Of a DNA stretch of 64,000 nucleotides, positions 8,999 to 19,650 are shown one piece after another (within the stretch, counting starts at the first letter, position 1; the number at the start of each line of letters is the position of its first letter). This DNA is from Shigella phage Sf20. Both the position numbers and the translations under genes were made by a program. Under the pieces are notes generated by a model. That model did no database searches. It saw nothing but the letters and a program-made list of their open reading frames with translations, and was not told the origin of the DNA. Location: the sequence record MF327006, one strand, 5' to 3'.

Positions 8999-9624
8999 AG
9001 AATTTTAAGGAAACTGGATAGACCTGATAATGAATATACACCAGATTCCCCGCATTCGCACTTGATCGGTACTGCCAGCGTGATTTGATTTCTTGTTAGC
9101 TCGTCGATCACTTCTTCCACTTTATCCGTGGTAAGCATATCCAGCACGCGGTCAAAGTCCTGTGCGTTCAGGTCGTCTATATTGAATTGCTGATCTCCGA
9201 TCACGATATATTCGATACATGCAATTACCATCTGCATAATATCAACATCTTCTGTAAACTTAGGTTGACGAAATTTGATTTTTACTTGCCCTAAGTCCAG
9301 AATATACGGTTCAACTTCTGGTATCTGTGTGCGTGAAACATCAAGAGAGTATACTTTCTCTTTATTGCATACACCACACACCCAAGTAGCATCAAATTTC
9401 ATCTTATTGAGGCTGTGACACCATAAGAGAAGAAAAATATATTCTGCTTCGCATTTCTCTAGCTCTAATGCATTGATCCCCGTACATTCATGTATGGTCT
9501 CTATAACAACCTCTGACAGCTTGCCAGTCTCTTTTGCTGCTACCAGTTTTTGAAATTCGCCGAAGGTGAAAGCACGGGCGTGTATCAACTTTTCGCCTAA
9601 TTGGATCTTGAACAAGTATTGCAT
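8995..9624 (-). CDS. 26: baseplate hub protein gp26
   Basis: Position and size (209 aa); CxxC motifs; overlaps the gp25 start by 4 nt. Confidence 0.75.
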   Translation of the reverse strand: MQYLFKIQLGEKLIHARAFTFGEFQKLVAAKETGKLSEVVIETIHECTGINALELEKCEAEYIFLLLWCHSLNKMKFDATWVCGVCNKEKVYSLDVSRTQIPEVEPYILDLGQVKIKFRQPKFTEDVDIMQMVIACIEYIVIGDQQFNIDDLNAQDFDRVLDMLTTDKVEEVIDELTRNQITLAVPIKCECGESGVYSLSGLSSFLKIL

Positions 9625-9666
9625 AATAAAACACCCTTTATAAACACATAGAATTATTTAGTATTT

Positions 9667-9674
9667 TATAAATA
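9667..9674 (+). promoter_or_regulatory. T4-type late promoter (TATAAATA) for gene 51
   Basis: Exact TATAAATA ~20 nt upstream of gene 51 in the divergent 26/51 intergenic region. Confidence 0.55.
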
Positions 9675-9694
9675 CCCGAAAGGGGGATTATACC

Positions 9695-10465
9695 ATGAAT
9701 ATTATCCGAATAAAACTACCGGAAGGTGTGCAGAGATTTAAACCATTCACGGTAAAAGATTATAGAGATTTCCTTCTGGTGTCAACTGAAATTAAGATGA
9801 ATCCAGAAGAAGAACAAACGATTCTTGATGAGCTATTAGAAGAAATATATCCAGACGTAGATCCGGCATTTCGTGAATATATTTTCCTGAATGTCTTTAC
9901 TAGTTCAATTGGTAAAACTAAGATACCGCTTTGTTTTACTTGCCCGACTTGCAACAAAGAAAGAAGAATGTTGCTTAACTTACAGGTTGAAGCCCTAAAA
10001 CCAATCGTTCTAGAGGCCGCAGGGCTTAAAATAACTTTCCGGTATGTTAAACCATCAACCGACTATGCAAAAACGTTTCTGGATGCGATAGAGCGTGTAT
10101 CTGATGGTATTAATGATTATCTATGGACTGAATTACCGGAAGAAGTTAGAGAACAGGTTATCGATTCAATCTCATTTGCTGAATTTGAAGAAGTTGTCAA
10201 GCAGATGCACACAATCAAGATCGAACAAAAGATATCTTGTTGTGAAAGTCATGACCTGAAATACATAGGTCTTCTTCCATTATTCAAATTGTTGTTGAAT
10301 CCAGATGAGTTATTCATCTTTTATCGAATAAACCATCTATTGGCAAAATCAAATTATTCTATCAGTGATCTTATGGATATGTTACCCGTCGAGAGAAACA
10401 TTGCACTGACACTGGTCGAGAAAGACGTAAAAGAGGCAAATAATGCAAAGAACGGGGTTTCCTAA
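9695..10465 (+). CDS. 51: baseplate hub assembly protein gp51
   Basis: Position between 26 and 27; CxxC...CxxC motif paralogous to gp26. Confidence 0.7.
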   Translation: MNIIRIKLPEGVQRFKPFTVKDYRDFLLVSTEIKMNPEEEQTILDELLEEIYPDVDPAFREYIFLNVFTSSIGKTKIPLCFTCPTCNKERRMLLNLQVEALKPIVLEAAGLKITFRYVKPSTDYAKTFLDAIERVSDGINDYLWTELPEEVREQVIDSISFAEFEEVVKQMHTIKIEQKISCCESHDLKYIGLLPLFKLLLNPDELFIFYRINHLLAKSNYSISDLMDMLPVERNIALTLVEKDVKEANNAKNGVS

Positions 10466-11552
10466 TGTCTCAATAAAACTTTATCAGGATTATGAGGCAT
10501 TTCTAAATCATCGCTTTATAGAATTGGGCGCTACCTTTGTTACAATGACTCTGCGTGATTCGATTCGTGGGGTGAACGAAGGATTGTTGCAATTCTATGA
10601 TAATAAGGCGATGCATACAAAATTAAACGGGAGAGAGATCATTCAGATTTCGCTATCCACTGCTAATACAGATGAAGTGTTTAACCGAATCTATGGGATC
10701 TCTCATAGTAATGTAACAATTGACCAAAAATCCGACAACATTTTAACATTCCAGTTAAAGAGCTATCACGAATCATTAAACCTTAAATTTTCTCGCTCAT
10801 TGACAAATAACGCGGTTAATAACGTAACTAGCATGATTGATGCCATCTATAAGGAAGTTCCTTTATGGAAACCTACTATAAAGGGTGATAACGTTGTTAT
10901 TCCTCGTTGTCCGTGGGTTAGTACCATAAATGACTATATGGATTTTGTGAGGGCATACGGGCAAAGCGTAGAAACCGAGTCTTTCGTGTATTGCTGGGAA
11001 GATTTTGATGGTATAACGATCGCTGGACACGATACAATATTAAAAAATGAGCCAATACCAGCTATAATCTGTGAGCCTAGACTCATGGGGCAGTTTATTG
11101 ATATGTCGCCTAATCTGATGGTTTTTAATTTCGAGTGGCAGACTAAGAGCAATGCTAAAGTTAAAAATTCATTTAGCAATGTGACATACACAACTATTGA
11201 TTTTGTTACTAAGCAGTATAATAAAATTATTGTTGGTAATGGGGATAATATTGCACACTTTGCTCATGGTGGCGCTTATGGCGATTTAACTTATAAGAAT
11301 GCGTTTTTGGAAGGTTCTAAACTTGCCACAATAGAACAATATGATTCATATGCTACCGCCGTGTGTCACGGTAATTTTTCGTTGCGCCCCGGCATGGTTA
11401 TTCGATTCTTTGATGAGAAGCAACAAGCACGCAATGATTTTATTGTTGACGAAGTGGTGCATGAAATTAGCCGAGAGCAATCATTAACTCACCTGTATAT
11501 GATCGGTAATAGCGAAGAATTACAGGAAGTCAAATTTGAAGGTAAGATATAA
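10443..11552 (+). CDS. 27: baseplate hub protein gp27
   Basis: N-terminus MQRTGFPNVSIKLYQDYEAF...TMTLRDSIRGVNEGLLQFYD matches T4 gp27. Confidence 0.9.
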   Translation: MQRTGFPNVSIKLYQDYEAFLNHRFIELGATFVTMTLRDSIRGVNEGLLQFYDNKAMHTKLNGREIIQISLSTANTDEVFNRIYGISHSNVTIDQKSDNILTFQLKSYHESLNLKFSRSLTNNAVNNVTSMIDAIYKEVPLWKPTIKGDNVVIPRCPWVSTINDYMDFVRAYGQSVETESFVYCWEDFDGITIAGHDTILKNEPIPAIICEPRLMGQFIDMSPNLMVFNFEWQTKSNAKVKNSFSNVTYTTIDFVTKQYNKIIVGNGDNIAHFAHGGAYGDLTYKNAFLEGSKLATIEQYDSYATAVCHGNFSLRPGMVIRFFDEKQQARNDFIVDEVVHEISREQSLTHLYMIGNSEELQEVKFEGKI

Positions 11553-12070
11553 TGACAGAAACTAAACCTATGTTAAAATTTGTTGTTCCTGTAAAAAAAT
11601 TAGAGATAAACGGGAAACATATCAAGATCCCAAAAATGGGGATTAAGCAACATCGATTATTAAAAGATGTTCGTAGCTGTGATGAAACATTAAAGATTCT
11701 TCTTGATTCAATCTGTCCTGGGTTAAACGCTGCCGAGTCTGAATTGGTTATGCTTAACCTTTGTGCGTTTAATGGTAAGTGTCTGGAAGAAAAAGATGGT
11801 CTTAAGCTGTCTGATGTGTATATTTGTACAGAGACTGAATTTACTTTAAATGGTAAAGTCTTTAAATTTAAAAATCCAATGTATACTTCTGACCCCATTA
11901 TCGATGACGCTGATTTCTTGAGTCATCATTATCACGATCCTAGCGTAGACTTCCATGATTTCCCAGCTTTTATTATGGATTGGGCTACAGGATTAAGAAA
12001 AACTATTGCACTGGATACACCGGAAGGTACTATCTATGGTGGAATTAACATATTGGATCGCCTATCATGA
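11552..12070 (+). CDS. 28: baseplate hub distal subunit gp28
   Basis: Size and synteny (27-28-29); translationally coupled. Confidence 0.7.
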   Translation: MTETKPMLKFVVPVKKLEINGKHIKIPKMGIKQHRLLKDVRSCDETLKILLDSICPGLNAAESELVMLNLCAFNGKCLEEKDGLKLSDVYICTETEFTLNGKVFKFKNPMYTSDPIIDDADFLSHHYHDPSVDFHDFPAFIMDWATGLRKTIALDTPEGTIYGGINILDRLS

Positions 12071-13800
12071 ATGACGCATTAACATCATTTCGCGGGATGC
12101 GCAAGGAAGCGGAAGAAAACCCGATTGATAAACTTAACAAATTAGATAAACTTGATTCTATTGATAATTTGCAAGCCGCTACCGAATTGGTGGCTGAGAC
12201 AGTGGAACAAAAATCTAATGAAGTTGTTGGTGCGGTAGAGGATAACACCGCAGCCAATGAATTGACGGCAGAAAATACACAATCTACCGCTGGCAATACC
12301 CAAAAAACTTATGAAGAATTGCAAAAACTCAATAATTTCTCTTCTCAGATGAATGAGAAATTACGTGGTTTTGGTGTTATGATGGAACGTAGATTTGGTG
12401 TTGTCAGTAAAATGGCTAGCGGTATTGGTGCGATTGAAGAAGCATTGAAAAAACCGGAACAACCGCAAACAATGCCATCACCTCAGCCAGTTTTGCCTAC
12501 TGTGCCGGAACAGCCTAATAATGACAACTATCAAGGTCTTCCAAAGAAAAAACCAGATGTTGAGGAACGGAAGAAAAAGAACGCCACAGATAAGCGTAAT
12601 GCAGATTCTATGGAAAATCTTCTTAAAGTTGTTCGTGGAGGATTTAAAGAAACCATAGGTATCTCTAATAAGGTCTTAGGGATGTTATTTAAGATCACTT
12701 TGACCGCTATGGCAGAAGCCGCAAAATGGGGTGCTATTTTGATGGGTATTGTTTTTGTCATTGATACCCTGATGGTTCATTTCAGATATTGGAGCGATTT
12801 ATTCGAGACAAAGTTCAGTGAATTTATGGATAAGGCCGGAGAATGGGCTGGTCCTATTAGCGATATTTTAACTACTGTTCGTCAGGTTCGAGATTATTGG
12901 TCTAAAGGCGAATATGGGGAGTTAATTAAATCTCTTGTTATGGGTATTGGTGATGCATTCTATAAAACCTTTATCCAACTTGATCGAATTATCACTACTG
13001 GTATTGCTAAAATTCTTCGCATGATCCCTGGTATGGGTGATTATGCCGATAAGTTAGAATATGGTGCTTTAAAATCTGCTGTCGCTCAAGGCTATACGCC
13101 AAATGAAAGAGAACTCGAATTAATGGATAAGATCGAGTCTGAACACGAAGAAGACAAATATGGAGAGCGCACAGGATGGACAGGAAAAGCCCGTGATATT
13201 GGCGAAGCTATTGGGGATTCTATTAAGGATAAAGTTAACGAAGGTCTTGTTAGTCTGGGCTGGAGAGATCAAAAGGATGTTGACGCAGAGAAACGACAAG
13301 AAGAATTAAAACGCGGGGAATATAAGTCTGTTTCTGCTGAACAACGATCTGCTAGTCGTAAACTTAGAATTAAAAGCGAGGGCGCGATCAATAATATTAA
13401 TGAAGTTATGGAGAATTTGAGCGGTGACTATGACAAAGAAAGAATGGGAGAGTTGAAAAAGGATATTGATGTTTACCGTGAGCAAGTTCAAGATCCTACA
13501 TTAGTTGAAAGTGATCGTTCTCAGTTAGAGCGTCTTATTGAAAAATTTGATGAGATGTATGCTGATAAAACTAAGGGTGTGGTTCCAACTAATCCTGTTC
13601 CTGCAACTGAAACGGAAACAGCAAAACAAGCGGAACGTACTGAACAAATGCAGAAACAAGCTGCAATCCAGCAACAAACGACAAATCAGACCTCAAACGT
13701 AAATAATACACAAATTGTAACAAACAATAGAACTATTAAACAGGGTGCACCAACAACTAGAATTGATGCTCCCGGTACAATTAATATGGGGAACTTTTAA
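12067..13800 (+). CDS. 29: baseplate hub / tail length determinator gp29
   Basis: Size (577 aa), synteny, coiled-coil rich. Confidence 0.8.
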   Translation: MNDALTSFRGMRKEAEENPIDKLNKLDKLDSIDNLQAATELVAETVEQKSNEVVGAVEDNTAANELTAENTQSTAGNTQKTYEELQKLNNFSSQMNEKLRGFGVMMERRFGVVSKMASGIGAIEEALKKPEQPQTMPSPQPVLPTVPEQPNNDNYQGLPKKKPDVEERKKKNATDKRNADSMENLLKVVRGGFKETIGISNKVLGMLFKITLTAMAEAAKWGAILMGIVFVIDTLMVHFRYWSDLFETKFSEFMDKAGEWAGPISDILTTVRQVRDYWSKGEYGELIKSLVMGIGDAFYKTFIQLDRIITTGIAKILRMIPGMGDYADKLEYGALKSAVAQGYTPNERELELMDKIESEHEEDKYGERTGWTGKARDIGEAIGDSIKDKVNEGLVSLGWRDQKDVDAEKRQEELKRGEYKSVSAEQRSASRKLRIKSEGAINNINEVMENLSGDYDKERMGELKKDIDVYREQVQDPTLVESDRSQLERLIEKFDEMYADKTKGVVPTNPVPATETETAKQAERTEQMQKQAAIQQQTTNQTSNVNNTQIVTNNRTIKQGAPTTRIDAPGTINMGNF

Positions 13801-14858
13801 TGAAAATTAGTGTTATCAATGATGCCGTTGATAGCTTTAAAGCGGGGGTTAAAACCTCCGCTGGTTTTACCTCAAAAAATAAAGGGAAAACATTAACCGC
13901 TCAATTCCCCGCTGAACGTGCTAGCGGTAATGATGCTAGCGGTTATTATATCAACGACTTATATAATAATGGTCTGTTATTCACTGCATACGATTATACA
14001 TCTCGTACTACTGGTTCGTTGCGTGATTTCAGGAAAAAGAAAAATGTTGCTAGCGGTTTTGGCGGTAGCGTTAATATCGCTGGTTTTGATTTAAATTTGG
14101 GTGGGAGAAATGCTGCATTTGACCGAGAGGCAATTGCTAATATTCTTCTTCCTCGTAGTCAATCTGACGTTGACGCTGCCAGCCATAAGTTTAATGATGT
14201 TGGTGAATCTGTTATTTCTCGCGGCGGTGGTACTTTAGGCGGTGCTCTTTCTAATATGGCATCTACTGCCGTTTTTGGTGGTATCGAAAGTATTACTGGT
14301 GGATACCTTGCCGATCACGGTGAACAGATTTATAATACTGCGCGAAGCATGTATGCGGGTGCTGACGCACGAACGAAAAACTACGTATGGCATCTAACCC
14401 CACGTAGTATTGAAGACCTTCGCAATATTCTGATCATATACGAAACGTTTTTAGAATTGTCTTATGGTTCTAGTGGTATTTCCAGCACCGCAAAAGAATT
14501 AAAAGCGGAAGTTGATGCGTGGTATAAAAATACACTATTGAGAAAATCCACTCCAGAGGAAGCGAAGAGAAATGATACTATGTTTGAAGGGATCACCGAT
14601 TTTCTATCAAACGTAATTACTGTATCTAACCCGACAATATGGATGATCTCTAACTTCGGCAAGCGTACATCGTTTGAAGGGCGTAGCGATGCATTTGGTC
14701 CCGCTCAGATCTCAAGTGTACGTCTGGACAAGTCGCCTGATGGTAAGTTTAATGGCCTTGCTATTTCTCCTAACTTGCCGAGTACCTTTGTTCTGGAAGT
14801 AACATTTAGAGAGATCTTGACACTTTCCCGTGGTACTATATTTGGGAGTGCGGCATAA
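13800..14858 (+). CDS. 48: baseplate tail tube cap gp48
   Basis: Size and synteny 29-48-54. Confidence 0.8.
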   Translation: MKISVINDAVDSFKAGVKTSAGFTSKNKGKTLTAQFPAERASGNDASGYYINDLYNNGLLFTAYDYTSRTTGSLRDFRKKKNVASGFGGSVNIAGFDLNLGGRNAAFDREAIANILLPRSQSDVDAASHKFNDVGESVISRGGGTLGGALSNMASTAVFGGIESITGGYLADHGEQIYNTARSMYAGADARTKNYVWHLTPRSIEDLRNILIIYETFLELSYGSSGISSTAKELKAEVDAWYKNTLLRKSTPEEAKRNDTMFEGITDFLSNVITVSNPTIWMISNFGKRTSFEGRSDAFGPAQISSVRLDKSPDGKFNGLAISPNLPSTFVLEVTFREILTLSRGTIFGSAA

Positions 14859-15790
14859 TGTTTGATTTAAATGACTTTAACGAACAAGCCGCTAACCTTG
14901 ACTTTCAGCGATCTAACTTATTCAGCGTGGCATTTGCCACCACTCCAAGTAATAAGACACAAGCGATCCTAGAAAGTATGGGTGGTGCGGTATATGATAT
15001 TATACCAAATGCATTAAATGACTATTTCGGGATTACTCGTGGTGATTATACTGACGCATTAACAAATCTTGCTGTACAGGGTGTTAGGCGTGCTGTTGAT
15101 TCATCTGGTGTCAAAAAGTATCTTTTAGGTGCAATGTCATCCCGCGTAGTTCAATCTCTTCTGGGGCAATTTGATGTTGGTACGTATGCTCTTGACTGGT
15201 TCAATATGGCATATAAGACAAGCGGTCTTCTGGTGTATGCTGTTAAGGTTCCAGAAAACAGATTGAATTATGAAATGGACCGTAACCACAATGCGCCAAA
15301 CATTCGAATTACCGGACGTGATTTTGATCCGCTTGTATTGAGCTTTAGAATGGACTCTAGCGCATCAAACTATAGAGCAATGCAGGATTGGGTTAACTCA
15401 GTAGAAGACCCCGTTACAGGGCTTCGTGCGCTTCCTGTTGACGTTGAAGCAGATATTCAGGTCAACTTACATAACCGAATGGGAGTTCCTCACACGATCA
15501 TGATGTTTAATGGTTGTGTTCCTGTTGGTGTGAGTGCACCGGAATTAAACTATGAAAACAACAACGAAATCACAACATTCGATGTTACTTTCGCATATCG
15601 TTCTATGCAAACTGGTGCTGTAGGAGAGCAAGCCGCGCGAGAATGGATTGAGGATAAGGCAATAAACGCAATAACAAACACTTTCGGCAATAATTTACTT
15701 GATAGTGGGTTATCTGCTGCTGGTAATGCTTTATCGCGTCTAAATGGCGTTGGTGGGCGTGTGGTGAATACTGTCACTAACTGGTTCTGA
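14858..15790 (+). CDS. 54: baseplate tail tube initiator gp54
   Basis: Size and synteny. Confidence 0.8.
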   Translation: MFDLNDFNEQAANLDFQRSNLFSVAFATTPSNKTQAILESMGGAVYDIIPNALNDYFGITRGDYTDALTNLAVQGVRRAVDSSGVKKYLLGAMSSRVVQSLLGQFDVGTYALDWFNMAYKTSGLLVYAVKVPENRLNYEMDRNHNAPNIRITGRDFDPLVLSFRMDSSASNYRAMQDWVNSVEDPVTGLRALPVDVEADIQVNLHNRMGVPHTIMMFNGCVPVGVSAPELNYENNNEITTFDVTFAYRSMQTGAVGEQAAREWIEDKAINAITNTFGNNLLDSGLSAAGNALSRLNGVGGRVVNTVTNWF

Positions 15791-15798
15791 TAAGCGAA

Positions 15799-15826
15799 AG
15801 GCGGGGATTATCCCCCGCCTTTTTAT
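15799..15826. terminator. bidirectional rho-independent terminator (GGCGGGGATTATCCCCCGCC + T-run)
   Basis: GC-rich hairpin between convergent gene 54 and the - strand lipoprotein gene. Confidence 0.6.
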
Positions 15827-16308
15827 TTTGCTAAATCATTGCAATATTTTAGTGCCTTAGTTTGAAATTCTGCGCTGTTAAGTTCTTCATAACGGTCATA
15901 ATCACCGTTTAATGCTGCCTTTCTTGCTTCTTGCTCTATCTGCATGTCAGACATGATAATACAGCGATCCCGTGCTTTCATCTTCTCAAGTTGTATAGAC
16001 TCTTCTTTCTGCTTGCGCAATTCTTCTTGACGCTTCTTTTCTTCTTGTGCTTTCTCTTCCCGCGCTTCTTTGATTGCATCCTTGAACATCTGCGTTTGTG
16101 GTGCTAAACCAACTTTAACGCGATCCACGTCTCGACGTTCCATTTTAGAAATAAAGCACGATTCGATCTGATCATCACTTGCATATGCTGCTTTACATTC
16201 ACGAAGCAAGAAAACCGGATCTGATTTAGCATTCATCATAGCTTCCATGTTGGCACAACCAGTAAGCATGAATGCAGCCGCAAGACCAATCAGTTTAATC
16301 ATTTTCAT
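15823..16308 (-). CDS. putative lipoprotein
   Basis: Signal peptide with lipobox LTGC near N-terminus; lysine/glutamate-rich coiled region. Confidence 0.55.
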   Translation of the reverse strand: MKMIKLIGLAAAFMLTGCANMEAMMNAKSDPVFLLRECKAAYASDDQIESCFISKMERRDVDRVKVGLAPQTQMFKDAIKEAREEKAQEEKKRQEELRKQKEESIQLEKMKARDRCIIMSDMQIEQEARKAALNGDYDRYEELNSAEFQTKALKYCNDLAK

Positions 16309-17129
16309 TTAGTCACCTCACCGAAAATTGTAAATTGTCTACGATTCTCATCGCCGAAAGATTCTACTACGTCGTTTACCTTGACGCAAGTCCCGCGCGG
16401 TAAAATTACTTCACATTCGCAAGGGTTCCATGCAATTGACCCAACAACAAAACCTTTATGATCTTTTACGTCAATTACCCATGATACATTACAAGAATGT
16501 TGCATCTTTCCGGTCATTGATTCATATCGATTCTCACAATAAAGGCTAGTGCTGTTTGATAGCCATCCTCCAAAGATGATCGGTGTCATGCTGGTCGATA
16601 CAAAGTTTTTAAAGGTAAACTCCTTATCTTCAATGATGCGCTCTATTGTCTGAATGTCAAGATGTTGACCGCGATAAAGAGTACCGTTTAACTTTTCGGT
16701 TTTATCCATGACACAATCCATCAAATCAACAATCTCTGATATCTCATCGGTCATGTCTTCTTCCCCTAAGAGAGCACCATTTACCCATTCGTATTGCTCA
16801 GACACATAATCACATATTGCATTATATTCTGCTGGGGTTATGTTGTTATGTTTGTAATGTTTGAATACATTATCTCCAAAGTCTTCGGAGTGTACTTCAT
16901 ACATCACATTAATGATTTTCTTGACAAATCCATAATCTTGTGTCTCACGCTCAAGGAAGCGGATAACCTTCACATAATCATCAAAGTTAATCTGATCGCT
17001 GATCATCTCAGTGATCATGTAACCATTAATCCCCTCAATGTCATATGTTTCGATGTAATTATCCATACGTTCCATCATTGATTCGCGTGATTCTTCTGAA
17101 AGACGAAAATCCTGTAATTTCTTGAACAT
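16305..17129 (-). CDS. ADP-ribosyltransferase (Alt/Mod family paralog)
   Basis: R-S-E triad context: LYRGQHLD, FVSTS, ECEVILPRG; closely mirrors the C-terminal catalytic region of the adjacent alt gene. Confidence 0.65.
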   Translation of the reverse strand: MFKKLQDFRLSEESRESMMERMDNYIETYDIEGINGYMITEMISDQINFDDYVKVIRFLERETQDYGFVKKIINVMYEVHSEDFGDNVFKHYKHNNITPAEYNAICDYVSEQYEWVNGALLGEEDMTDEISEIVDLMDCVMDKTEKLNGTLYRGQHLDIQTIERIIEDKEFTFKNFVSTSMTPIIFGGWLSNSTSLYCENRYESMTGKMQHSCNVSWVIDVKDHKGFVVGSIAWNPCECEVILPRGTCVKVNDVVESFGDENRRQFTIFGEVTK

Positions 17130-17152
17130 TTTAAGCCTCCCATATAACAGAA

Positions 17153-17181
17153 AACGGGGCTAGTATAAAACTAGTCCCCGT
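17153..17181 (-). terminator. terminator hairpin downstream of alt
   Basis: ACGGGGCTAGT...ACTAGTCCCCGT stem-loop with T-run on the - strand. Confidence 0.5.
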
Positions 17182-17207
17182 TTGAGTCAACCATTATTTC
17201 TTAAAAA

Positions 17208-19333
17208 TTACATTTTAAATTTATCTGGCATTGCGTCTACAGATACCAGGTCAGCGATAAGCTGACGTAGAGTTGCCTTATCTGCTTTCTTACGTTCGGT
17301 TTTAGCTTCGCTAATGAAGCTGGAGAAAGACAGGTCAGAAGCAGGTTTAACAACACCTTCACGGATGAATGCATCACCGTCCGCGATCATCTCGCCAGAT
17401 TCTTGTAATGCTGCCAGTTCATTTTTGTTCATAATATGTGCCTCAATGTAATAAGTTTCTTGTGAATCCGTCGATGCCGTAGCACGAGTTACCGTATCAA
17501 AGGATAACACAACACCGCGAGGAAGTAAAATCTCGCATTCTTTGTAAGCAAATGCTTTGTTACCTACTGGCAAGACAGGGATGTTTTCCGCGCCAGCAAT
17601 GGAGAAAGCAACATTAGCGCCACCTTCACCGCGAGAGCCAGCCATAGAATCAACACCAGCAACGGCACTAGCCACGTTTGCATTCCAGCCGCCAAAAATT
17701 CACCGCGAGAGCCAGCCATAGAATCAACACCAGCAACGGCACTAGCCACGTTTGCATTCCAGCCGCCAAAAATGTTAGGTGCAAGGGAAGTGCTCACATA
17801 GTTTTTAAAGTAAAACGCTTTTTGCTTACGTGCAGTTTCCCACATTTGCGACCGGAAGTCCATACCACGATACAGAATAGTACCCGGATCAAGTTTAACA
17901 CCATAGTTAGAGAAGGCATTATCCAGTGCATCGCACATCTTGACCAATTCTTCTGGATCTGCGATTCCCTCAAACTCTTCCAGCTTACGATCAGTTAGGA
18001 AGTTGTTCATATTGATGTATGCTGCATCGGCATATTCGCTCAACACAAAACCTTCCGCGCCTGGCAGATCAAGATCAATATCTGCCATCATTTCACCCAT
18101 GTTGCTAGCAATTGCTTCAAACATACCGGAGGCAACATTACGTAGGGCATCGGTTTTAATCTGGGTGATATGACTACGCAGCATTTCAGCTTTTACATCT
18201 GCTGGCATAGACTGGTCTACTCGATCCATTGCCAAGGCGGTGATCTTGTTTTCGAATACTTCCTCGCTCATGATTTCTTTTAAGCGTTTGACCGAGGCTG
18301 CGATAACTTCCGCAGACAATGGGTCATATTGATCCTGAACTTTTACCAGTTCGCTTACTGCGTATTTTGCATCGGCTTCGCTTTCAAAAATAGTACGCAT
18401 GAAACCATAGCGAGTGATAATATCACTTGTCCAGTCATTCAGAGAACGGGCGGTTGAACGTTCTAAGGCTTGACGGTCAATCAGAGTATTAAACTGTTTC
18501 TTAGGTTCTGCTTCGGTGATATCTTCTTCCGGTTTAAGATTAATTTTTTCTGGATGATTCACATAGTCGCTGTTATAGGTCGCTTGAGTTTTCAGCATTT
18601 CTTCTTTAGTCAAACGAGATTTAGCCGCTACGCGTTGTTCTGCTTCCGCGTTTCGTTCTTCTTCTGACACAAGACTAGCCGCATACGCCTCATCTTTAGT
18701 CAGAGATTCACCAGTAGCCTTAGATACCCAGCGATCACCTAAATCACTTTCTACTTTAGTGAACAAGGATTCATCAAGTTTAATCCCTTTAATCTTATCA
18801 ATCGCCATCCCGCGACGCTTGACAACAACTAAAGCGATCTTTTTGCTGGTCATTACTTCCTGCTGGAATACTTCAAACTTCGGTGTACGACGCACCAAAC
18901 GCTCTATAACGCGCTTAACCAGTTCGGTCTTACCTTTCATGCGGGATACGTTAAAACGGAACATAACAGCGTCTAATTGAGCTTTACGGGCTGTTTCCAT
19001 AACCACATCAAAAGCACTTGCCATAACTGCAATCGGGTTATCGCCTAGACCATTTTTAAGCTGTATAATACGACCGCTTTTGTTCATTTCGCACAGTACA
19101 ACATGTGCGGTCTTGTCACCCATACGAATGATTTTAGGTGTTTTGTTGGTGAAGTTGCAAAGACGGACAATCACATCTTTATCGCGTGTCTGTACTGCAA
19201 AAAGCTGTTTAGGATTCTGCTTAGGCTTTAAGCACTGTACAGGAGCAATACTGCCAAAGTTTTCTTCCTCTTCCGTCAACAGCCATTTCTCGAAAGATTC
19301 AATCATTAGATCGTCGATTTCTAAGTTAAACAT
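17208..19333 (-). pseudogene. alt: alt ADP-ribosyltransferase, reading frame split by a 74-bp tandem duplication (ORFs 17564..19333 and 17208..17675)
   Basis: Upstream ORF ends ...FKNYVSTSLAPNIFGG...VAGVDSMAGSRGE then garbage; downstream ORF begins ASAVAGVDSMAGSRGE... and carries ECEILLPRG; removing one repeat copy gives a 684-aa protein (T4 Alt is 682 aa). Confidence 0.75.
17625..17772. repeat. perfect tandem duplication, 2 x 74 bp (17625-17698 and 17699-17772)
   Basis: Unit TTCACCGCGAGAGCCAGCCATAGAATCAACACCAGCAACGGCACTAGCCACGTTTGCATTCCAGCCGCCAAAAA repeated head-to-tail; 74 is not a multiple of 3. Confidence 0.9.
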
Positions 19334-19379
19334 TTTATATCCTCTAGTTGATAACCTATAAACCTATATTTATGAAAAC

Positions 19380-19400
19380 GGGGCTTAACGCCCCCTTTTT
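19380..19400. terminator. bidirectional terminator hairpin (GGGGCTTAACGCCCC + T-run)
   Basis: GC stem with A-run before and T-run after. Confidence 0.5.
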
Positions 19401-19401
19401 A

Positions 19402-19614
19402 TTATAATGCACCATCAAGCAATTGCTCTAAGGTGTATCCTGAATAGTCTTTTTCAATCAGGATATATTTTCCTACTCGTTTAATACAACCACGCATTTC
19501 AACGTATTCTGCGTAGTTGATGGTACGAGTTGTTCCATCTTCCAGTAATGCAGTACCGATTTCGTTAATGCGGTCATAAGTTACGTCGGTAATGATGATT
19601 TCGATGTTAGCCAT
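19402..19614 (-). CDS. hypothetical protein (70 aa)
   Basis: Internal ATG with AGGAG RBS directly downstream of a palindromic-spacer promoter; the ORF-track start lies inside that promoter. Confidence 0.5.
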   Translation of the reverse strand: MANIEIIITDVTYDRINEIGTALLEDGTTRTINYAEYVEMRGCIKRVGKYILIEKDYSGYTLEQLLDGAL

Positions 19615-19650
19615 TTGATACTCCTTAGTAGTTCGTTTCGGTATGTGTGC

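Noticed and set aside
17678-18173. + strand ORFs inside alt
   Set aside because: Antisense to a conserved gene, no RBS or promoter
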